A stretch of DNA of 63,810 nucleotides, counting the filler, from Lenisia limosa (lineage: Eukaryota; Protista; Breviatea): the NCBI GenBank assembly GCA_001655205.1. It is 9 parts of 9 records of this genome, joined end to end, with 100 filler letters (N's around TTAATTAATTAA, not from the genome) between each part and the next. Parts side by side here need not be neighbours in the genome. Positions count along the whole stretch, not along the records: positions 52,482 to 62,231 come from LPNZ01008362.1; positions 62,332 to 63,810 come from LPNZ01007870.1; 7 more parts are not named here. The stretch is one strand, 5' to 3'. Each line of letters begins with the position of its first letter. The stretch's first letter is position 1. Below, piece by piece: positions 55,501 through 63,810 of this stretch. The notes under the pieces were generated by a model. It saw only the letters and a list, made by a program, of their open reading frames with translations, did not search any database and was not told the origin of the DNA. Both the position numbers and the translations under genes were made by a program.

Positions 55501-56347
55501 AAAGCCTCTCCGTGTTCGTAGGGGGAGAAACATCCCGCATCAATCTGCCCAGTTCGTGTTAGTTAAATAAAACAACATTCTATTCACGTCAATCTAGAAA
55601 GCGGTCAGCTAATGTTGTTATTTGATTCCGTGAAATTATAACCATTATCATGGGTAACCAGGACTTGAGAAATAGAGCCACTGTGATGTTATGCCATTAT
55701 AGCATTATACCAGCATTGACCGTTGAGATAGAAATAATACTGTAGAAATGAGACCTATTCGAGTTCATTTTAACTTAATTCATGGGAATTTCATTCCATC
55801 CTTAATTAATTCGGATATCAATGGTTCCTTATGCAAAAACATATAATTCTTAATGCTGGGGGTAAAACAGGTAGTCACATGGAAAATTGTTCAAATGTTC
55901 GAATGAAAAGGATGGAAGACTCCTTCCCCTCATTTATATGCGCCCAAACCATGATCAACAACTCTCCTCCTTGCTTACATTGAGCTAAAAAGAGTGAAAA
56001 AATGGAGAAGATGAGACAATTTAGTTCAAAATGGAAGATCAAGAATATTCTATCATCGCCCAACGCGAGTTTGGTGCAAATACAGGGCTCATTTTAACAA
56101 CAGCAGTCTTCCAATCTTACATAAGGGTCAATTTTGATGACAGTAGCCGTGTAGCCGCATGCTTGGATGAGTACACCAGTTGAAGAAGTGATAACTCCTG
56201 TTTATCCGTTAAAATTGCGTTAGCATAAGTAACACTGCCTATTTTCGCTTAGGAATATGGTTAAGGAAGACAAACACTAAAAAAGGAAATGTGCATACCT
56301 TTTCCGACGGAAGACACAACACCTCCAGAAACAACAACGTACTTCAT
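52590..56347 (-). CDS. CTPS: CTP synthase, synthetase domain exons; glutaminase half lost at the contig break
   Basis: Exons: [164 protein letters not shown] and [25 protein letters not shown]. Confidence 0.97.
54059..54154. mobile_element. 96-bp MITE, family A1 (TIR GGGCTTCACTTCGGTTCGA), TA-flanked, in a CTPS intron
   Basis: Perfect 19-bp terminal inverted repeats with TA on both sides. Related copies at ~1534-1629, 6436-6500, 9506-9600, 15079-15296, 46019-46087, 52755-52836, 57824-57919, 58108-58200 and 61965-62060. Confidence 0.88.
55010..55105. repeat. 32-bp tandem repeat, ~3 units, in a CTPS intron
   Basis: CTTTTCAATCAAGTTTTGACAATAATCCCACA repeated, with the third unit degenerate. Confidence 0.9.
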
Positions 56348-56550
56348 TGTATTTTCTGGCTTGCTTTTAAAAAAAGGCAGCTTCAGATTTTTTCGAGTTG
56401 AAATAGTAAAATAATATGGGGTAACACAAGAGTTAATTGCTTTAAAAGGAGTTTGTTTGCAGTTTTGGAATATTAGTCACCGTCAAGTCTCTGTTATAGT
56501 TTATTATTGATTTGGAGGGCAAGACTGTCGGATTTGATTCTCGGAACATA

Positions 56551-59500
56551 ATGAACATCTTTGGAGCACTTCTCGCTCTTCTCCTGGTGTCAACAGCCAT
56601 GGGAGACACAGTGAAGATGCATTGCAGGTTCAGTAACAACCTTCCTATCGTCACCTTCAACCACCATCCCGACACTATTGCTTCCGCGGTTTACTCTGGT
56701 TTGTTCAGAGTTAATAGGAGGTGAAAATGGTAACAATATCTAGACAACCAACAAAACAGTGCAGGCTGGGGCAAGCTGACGATCAAGACTAACGAGGGGT
56801 TCCCTGAGGTCCAACAAGCAACCTGTGCTGGAGCATTGGAGGGTCGTCTCACGTGGGTTTGGATAAAGCAGAAGTTCGAAGAGTGTTGTGAATGAGGATT
56901 GATAAAGATCTTTTAATTATGGTGATTTATTCCCTGAAATAATAATGTCCGAGAGGTGATCAACAAAGATATCGAAAGATGAGCAATCGCACATCCACCA
57001 TAAACAGATTCATTCTGAAAGCTTTCATCAATACTTTATATTTTATATTGTTGTATGTTTTTAATTAGGCTTCTGGGATTTTTGTGGTAACAGAGGCAGG
57101 TGGTGTATTTATGTTTCATTGGTGTCCCATATCATATCAGATATGATATACATATTTGTATTATTTGTATCCATTGATTTTATGATTGTATTTCTTGCTC
57201 TAAAAATTGCAGTGCGACTGAGATCGCCAATATCTACTACAACTTCTACACCGAAGTGTTTGGTGTTGGTGGGATATTTCTCTGGTGTTGGTAGGGATTT
57301 GTTGAACTGCTCCATTAGGTTGTTTGAATACTCATGTCATTTTATGAAATATTAAAGACCAACGTTGACTGGGGTTTTTTTAAAAAATACAATTCGGCAT
57401 CATTTTGAGACAGGCTTTTTATTTATGATTCGTTTTACTGATGGGATGCGGTGTTGCAAAAGCGACTGGTCTGGACTTTGTTTGTTTTGTTGTTTTTAAC
57501 CCCTATGTGTTTCCCATATGCTAGTAAGCAGAGTTGATTCTTTGCTTTTTTTGTTGTTGTTGTTGCACAGTTGTCCAATTTAACCCCCTCTCTAGGGTTT
57601 GAGCCCCCCGGGTATCCCCGAAGGCGTAATTTCGTACTTCAAGACCCAGATCAAATTCGCCAAGGATGTATGCCTGGCTAATATACAATATTGGGGGAGG
57701 AGGGACTTATGATGGGCTTTTGATAATCTAACAGAAGGCTTACACGAAAGTTTGAAACCTGAATTGATTTTAAAAAAGTACCCTTTTCTGTGATTATTTG
57801 TCAACTTAAGTATCCTCCAACTAGGGCTTCACTTTCGGTTCGAAAAAAGATTGGATTTCTCGATAAATCCTCGAAAACTATCGATATTTTACTGGTTTTT
57901 TCGAACCGAAGAGAAGCCCTACCCCCAACACTTCCCACTGTGTTTTGAAAGATGATTCATTTGCTTCCCCGAACCAATGCCACAGATTGCCTCTTCCGAT
58001 CCGACTATCCAGCGCCTTCTGGCTCAGGTTGAGAATATCCGTTGGGAGGGGGGTATTTGTTGGACTTTGTGCAATTGAAATAGTAATATATTTTGAAGTA
58101 TGACTTGGGCTTCACTTCGGTTCGAATAAGACTGAATTTCTCGAAAAATTATCGAAAATTATCGATATTTTACCTCTATTTTTCGACGAAAGTGAATCCT
58201 TTGACATATTATATCAAAGAACCCCTTTTCAGACTCTTTCATTTCACACGGGGTCCCAGTTATTTTTTTTTTCGTTATAACTTGACTACACTTTTGGTTA
58301 CTGGTGAATGAATTTTCGATGAATGAATTTTCGATATTTATCGGGCGTTTCTTATTCAGTTTGATTGGAGCCTAAGGTGAAACTCCAAATAATCACGATG
58401 ATGTCTTTCTATTTTCAAGCCAGATTCTTGAAAGCAACTGGTAAACTATCGAAATTCGGCTTTTCGGATCTCAGTGAAGCCTAAAACTCACATGCCAGAA
58501 CGCTTTGCCCAACAGCAAGACAAGGATGTGCCTGATTTCCTCCACTTCTACATTTTCCTCTCAGCTGGTGATCTTTACGAGATTATGTGGGTTGTTGCTA
58601 TGTATCGTCATATCACCAGATTGTCCAGTTTTATCTTGAGTATCACGTGTATAGTTTTTTTCCCTTTTGAATTATTTTTCAGTTTTTTTGATGTCAATAT
58701 TCTTTTTGATGAAACACCACAACTGCTAATTCCAAGTGTCTACTTGTCAAACACTTAAATAATACTACTCTTCAAATAAAACAATCTAAGCCCCCCAAAA
58801 CCAAATAATTTTTTTCAAACAAGAATCCCCCCAAAAGCCTAAACCCCAAACAAAACTGACATATCAGGCCCGCGTTCTCCGAGCATCGCATGCAGTTTTC
58901 GCCAGCTGAGCTTCCCGGTGTTTTCCACGAGTGCTCTTCCATCATCAAGGTTCTTGAAAACGACATTTACTTCGGACAAAACACTTGGAGGTCCTATTCT
59001 CTCATGGCACCGCGGGTGTACAAGGTTGGGTGCCCTTTGTGTTTGCTTGAATCCCAGGATTTTTTTTTCTTGGATTTATTTTTGTTTACTTCGTCTGAAA
59101 TACTGATTCAATATCGAAATTTCCACAGAATTTTTATTATTATGTTTTTTTTAGTAATATCAACAGTGATTTTGTTGCTTCTTGCTTATTTTCCTTTTGT
59201 TTTCGCAATTTTTGAATCTTTGCATTTCTTGTAAAACTATTTTCGGAGACAAAAAAAACAACTCCTCCTAGATAGGACGTTTTGTACCTACTATATGTCG
59301 AGATGAGAAATAAAAAGAGGTAGTATTACAACATTTCGCTGGATAGAAAAGAAACATTGGATTATAGTCAGTCTCCCAATAATAACATAAATATAACACT
59401 GTTCACACAGCTTTCTGCGGCATCTTGGGTTCTCCCAAAACGACAACATTTCGATTAATTCCTGAAAATATCAATAGTTTACATGCACACACTAGAAAGT

Positions 59501-61918
59501 ATTAGCACCAGCATACATATACATGTACATAATTACATATAGTATATTGATACTACCGAGCTTAATACTTCTGAACTTAATTGAGACAAGTGAGGAATCA
59601 TGAAAAATCTGTAAAAAATGTTCGACTGTGGAAACATATGAGGAAAACTGACGTCAGTATTCCGAGTTTTCCCAAAACAATACATGTAGTATATAGATTT
59701 TTTATTGTAAACAATTAATTTCTTGTGATCAAGCTGAATTTTCTCCAAATGTGTCGTCGTTAAGGTGCTCAGAAACAGCAAACATCAAAAATCGGGTTTT
59801 TAAAAGACAAAAATAAAATATATGATATTGGTTTTTTGAAAGGACAAAAAATGTATTTATCCAAAAAACATTCAGTAAACAAAGATAAAAAAAGATACAT
59901 AGGAGAGCGGCGGCGGGTGGACGGGGACGGAATGGAGAAGGTGATCTCTTCTGGAGCGGGGCGGTCTGGGCAGCGGGTAAACAGACTAGAGTGATGCTGC
60001 GGGATGGTGATTACTTCTGTGGTGACGTGGCGGGTGATCTGGGCACTTGCAGTGCAAACCGTTTTATGGGTTTCACCTATCACATAATAATGTAATAGGG
60101 ATGGTATTCANNNNNNNNNNAGTTATGGGTGAAGTTGGAAGACAAAGGTGAGGTTAGTGAGGTGGTGGTGGGAGGTGAGGTACGCCAGGTACGCCCGGAA
60201 CGATGGGCATGTGGGGCCATGGAAGGTCATGATCGGGTGGGTGGTGAGGTTGCCCGAGATGACCCCCCTGGCGATTCCAAAGTTTTGAAAGGACAAAAAT
60301 AGAATATTGAAAGTGAAAATACACAAACACATAAACTACCAGTAAAAAAAGTTTTTGAAAGGACAAGAAATGTATTTATCGAAAAAGAATTCAGTAAACA
60401 AGATAAAAAAAAAAGATACATAGGAGAGTGGCGGTGGAGTGGACGGAGACGGAATGGAGGTGTGCTCACTTCTAGAGTGGTGCAAAAATGCGGGAGGACT
60501 TCTAGGCAGTGGGAAAGCAGACTAGAGCGGCGAAAATCAGAAAAAATAGTGAAAAGAAAAAACTAGGATCGGGAACCAAAATGAAACAAAAAAAAAATTG
60601 TCGGGGATGTAGCTCAAGTGGTAGAGCGCTCGCTTAGCATGCGAGAGGCACTGGGATCGATGCCCAGCTTCTCCATTTTTTTCTCTTTTTTTTCTCTCTT
60701 TTTTCTCTCTTTTTTCTCTCTTTTTTTCTCTTTTATTTTGCTGTGTTTTGCTGCACACAGAGTTTACTGGTCCTTGGGGAATTTGTTTCAAAGATTTCGT
60801 CAACTCGTTTCTGCCCCTTTGTGTTTTTTTTTGTCGCAAAGGGGCCTCCGCTCCCTGAAATTTATACACCACCGTACACCGCCACCATCACTCAAAAACA
60901 CCTGTAAACCTTACACTACCACTAAAAAAGGCTAAATATTTGAGGTCCGCTAGAGAGGCACTCGACTGACTCGACCACTAACCACTAACCTCTCACCTTC
61001 ACCTGCCTAATTAACTGTTAGGATTTATATACATATAAAGATGAGAAAATGTACTACTACTCTTACTCTCTTACTCCACCAATGATACCCTACTTTATTA
61101 TTTAAAAGACCTGGGAGTACGTACATACGAAAAATCGCTGTAACCACCACCACCATTAAAAATACTCTGTGCACCGTACACCACCAGGTTTTGAGTGGTG
61201 GTGTATAAATTTCAGGGATAGGAGGCCCCCTGTTTTGACGTTTTTTTTTAACCAATATGACGAAATTTAGTTCTACGATTTCGCCTACAACCGCCAATAC
61301 CCCGGGGGTCCCCAGCAGTTTTCATCAACCCCGGGCTACCCCTTCTCCAAGGTACTTTTTTTTGCTGTTGTTGTTCTATCCCTTCACCAAAATGTTATGT
61401 TAAATATTGATATATTATAAAGTATTTCCCTTTTTTGAACATGAAGAGAAAAAATAAAACAAATATGAACATGTAAAAACATCATGGTGATATTATATAT
61501 TCATATCATAATGAACTAAAAGAAATAACAAATAGGAACATGTTAAAAACAAACATCATAGGATGATATGCATATTGAAAATAAGAAGTCAAATGTTACA
61601 TGATATGTTCAAAAACAAAACAGATGAAGATTTTTACTCGTTTAGGATGATTTCTACGTGCTCGGTTCAGGCCTTGTGGTTATGGTGGGGGGGGGGGGGN
61701 NNNNNNNNNNNNNNNNNNNNNNNNNNNNNNNNNNNNNNNNNNNNNNNNNNNNNNNNNNNNNNNNNNNNNNNNNNNNNNNNNNNNNNNNNNNNNNNNNNNN
61801 NNNNNNNNNNNNNNNNNTACATGAGAAATTTTGAGAAACAGCTTATGCTGCAGGAAACAACCAACGGAGTTTACAATGAAACTATTCTGAAGAACATCTC
61901 CCCGGAATGTGAGGGGTG
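56551..61918 (+). CDS. Phospholipase B-like (PLBD1/2, Ntn-hydrolase) secreted or lysosomal protein; 3' end cut by linker
   Basis: Signal peptide MNIFGALLALLLVSTAMG. Later exons: AGWGKLTIKTN..QATCAGALEGRLT, AGDLYEI, HECSSIIKVLENDIYFGQNTWRSYSLMAPRVYK, FSSTPGYPFSK, DDFYVLGSGL and QETTNGVYNETILK. These follow the PLBD order CSALIK..HNTW..FSSYPG..DDFY.LGSGL..ETT. Confidence 0.9.
60603..60675 (+). tRNA. trnA-AGC: tRNA-Ala (anticodon AGC), intronless
   Basis: GGGGATGTAGCTCAAGTGGTAGAGCGCTCGCTTAGCATGCGAGAGGCACTGGGATCGATGCCCAGCTTCTCCA folds into a cloverleaf. It has the G3:U70 Ala identity pair, anticodon stem CTCGC/GCGAG and T stem CTGGG/CCCAG, and is followed by a T-run Pol III terminator. Confidence 0.97.
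60841..61229. mobile_element. Candidate TIR element in the large PLBD intron
   Basis: GGGGCCTCCGCTCCCTGAAATTTATACACCACC (60841-60873) is the near-perfect inverse of GGTGGTGTATAAATTTCAGGGATAGGAGGCCCC (61197-61229). Weaker similarity extends outward to ~60793 and ~61268. Confidence 0.65.
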
Positions 61919-62501
61919 AGAAGATGAGTTTGATATATTGAATTGTGTTGAAGCCTCTTACTAAGGCTTCACTTCGGTTCGAAAAATAATCAGTGAAATT
62001 TCGATAGTTTTCAAGGACCTATCGAGAAATTCAGTCTTTTATCGAACCCAAGTGAATCTCTACCTTCTTCCCATCACGTTTATGACGGATATTGGATCAT
62101 AGTAGAATAGCCGAATGTGTCACCCCAACCCCCAGCTTTGTTTTGTTTTAACCTTGGTGTGTTTATGGCTTTGATTTTGGGCTTTTTTTTTGTTTCATAA
62201 ATTTTCTATAGTCACCCCCCCCCCCCCCCCCNNNNNNNNNNNNNNNNNNNNNNNNNNNNNNNNNNNNNNNNNNNNTTAATTAATTAANNNNNNNNNNNNN
62301 NNNNNNNNNNNNNNNNNNNNNNNNNNNNNNNCCCCCCCCCCCGGGCCGTTGTTTCTTACCCCCCCGGGCCGCATGGCTCAAACACACACGTTTTACGTTA
62401 TAAACCAATAATACATGTTTATTTTCTGAAGTAAGTTTGTCATGAACCCTCATTCCCCCCTTCCCATACATTTCTCTTTCATTCTATTTTATCCCCCCTC
62501 C

Positions 62502-63810
62502 AGGGCTACGAGGGCAGTCTTTGCTCCGAATGCAAACTTGGCTTCTACAAGCTGGACGAGAGATGTTTGGAGTGTCAGAGTCACAGCCAGTACATCCTCC
62601 CAATGGCTTTCGCAATCTCTTGTGTCGTAATCGTCATCGTTTATGTGTAGGGGGGGGNNNNNNNNNNTCCGCATAGGATGATATTGATTACAGATCAATT
62701 CTAACGCAACAGCTCGTCATTCAACCCCCAAACATATCCCTTCCGTGGTGCACTAAGAATCCTCTTGAATTTCCTCCAAATTACCGCTCTTGTAAGCTTG
62801 GACATGAACGGGAAGACAGAAAGCAGATAAAGGTCTTACTTCTTAGTACGCTGAGTTTTCAGTCAATTGGCCACAAACCGGTATGTATGGCAATTAGCTT
62901 GGATGCTTTTTCGGCGCTTCAGCAATAGAGTTGATTTGGAAGGTTTTGTTGTTGTTTCATAAATTGTCCATTTCCACCCCCCCCCCCCCNNNNNNNNNNN
63001 NNNNNNNNNNNNNNNNNNNNNNNNNNNNNNNNNNNNNNNNNNNNNNNNNNNNNNNNNNNNNNNNNNNNNNNAATACCCCAAGATTTTACTCAAGCAGTCT
63101 CAACTAGCACACATTCACCCACCTGTAGTGCGCGACACGCTGAACTACATTTCCGTGGTCAACGTCAACTTCCAACTCAGCGCCCCTGAATGTGCCCTGA
63201 ATGTCAAACTGAGCTTCTTTGCCATCTTCCTTGCTAAGGCCCTTCTTCCCTGCATTCTGTTTATCTTGGTATGGCAGGGCTAATGGCAGAGAGGACTAAG
63301 GGTTCAGCGTTATTGCCTTGTAATCTCCGTTTTCACGAGTCTTTTTCTCTAATCTGCTTTTTCTCTTGAAGCAACTTCTCGTTTATTATCGCCATTGTTC
63401 ACGCCTCAGGTTGGAGTAGTCTTCTTGATTGTCAAGCTTCATGGCGGCTTTATGGCAGTGGGGGGGTTGGCAGTCTGATGGGATCGTACTTATACTATTG
63501 AGGCATGGGGTGATACTCATACTATTGAGGCATGGGGTGATATATTAAGAGCTGACTAACTGAATTGATTTTTGGTCTTTTGTTTTCTTAATTCATCCCA
63601 CAGCAAAGCCATCTCTCTCTCTCAACCCAATAGTTGAGCTTCTTCTTCTTTTTTTGTTGATTTTGGGCATTTTCAAATGTCACCCCCCCCCCTATCAGTT
63701 GATCAATGCGCGTGAACGGCCGAAGTTACCTGCAGCCTCGAGCTTTAAACACGCCATGGACGCTTTGAGATCGAAACCAAGCGCCAAGACAGTACAGCTG
63801 CAATGGTGCC
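62502..63810 (+). CDS. Cys-rich ectodomain plus multi-pass membrane protein of unknown function, partial
   Basis: GYEGSLCSECKLGFYKLDERCLEC is followed by hydrophobic segments ILPMAFAISCVVIVIVY, GALRILLNFLQITAL and ISVVNVNFQLSAPECALNVKLSFFAIFLAKALLPCILFIL. The gene begins at a linker and runs off the window. Confidence 0.7.

Overview
Draft-assembly window from an intron-rich, AT-rich unicellular eukaryote. It is probably flagellated, because it carries a DRC2/CCDC65 gene. The species cannot be identified from the sequence. Eight artificial 44N-TTAATTAATTAA-44N linkers cut the window into nine contigs. Many other N gaps sit next to G or C homopolymers, so several gene models are partial and exon coordinates are approximate, from manual splicing. 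Genes recognised by manual exon translation: ankyrin-repeat protein, SPIN90/Ldb17-like, Arp8-like, SNF1/AMPK/MARK-type kinase, a large signal-peptide LamG/EGF protein, copine, NOP56, DRC2, a Patched-related SSD/RND protein, an MFS transporter, a qRRM protein, AP-4 mu, GUCD1-like, CTP synthase, phospholipase B-like, tRNA-Ala(AGC) and a Cys-rich multi-TM protein. The most interesting signal is non-coding. Introns of unrelated genes share homologous sequence modules that are almost always in the sense orientation of the host. One module ends exactly at a poly(C)-AG acceptor and another carries a conserved c(UUCG)g hairpin. Many introns have G-runs after the donor and C-runs before the acceptor. 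This pattern suggests an introner-like or structure-assisted splicing system. Several TA-flanked GGG...CCC MITE families are also present, including a nested insertion and a perfect 36-bp foldback.
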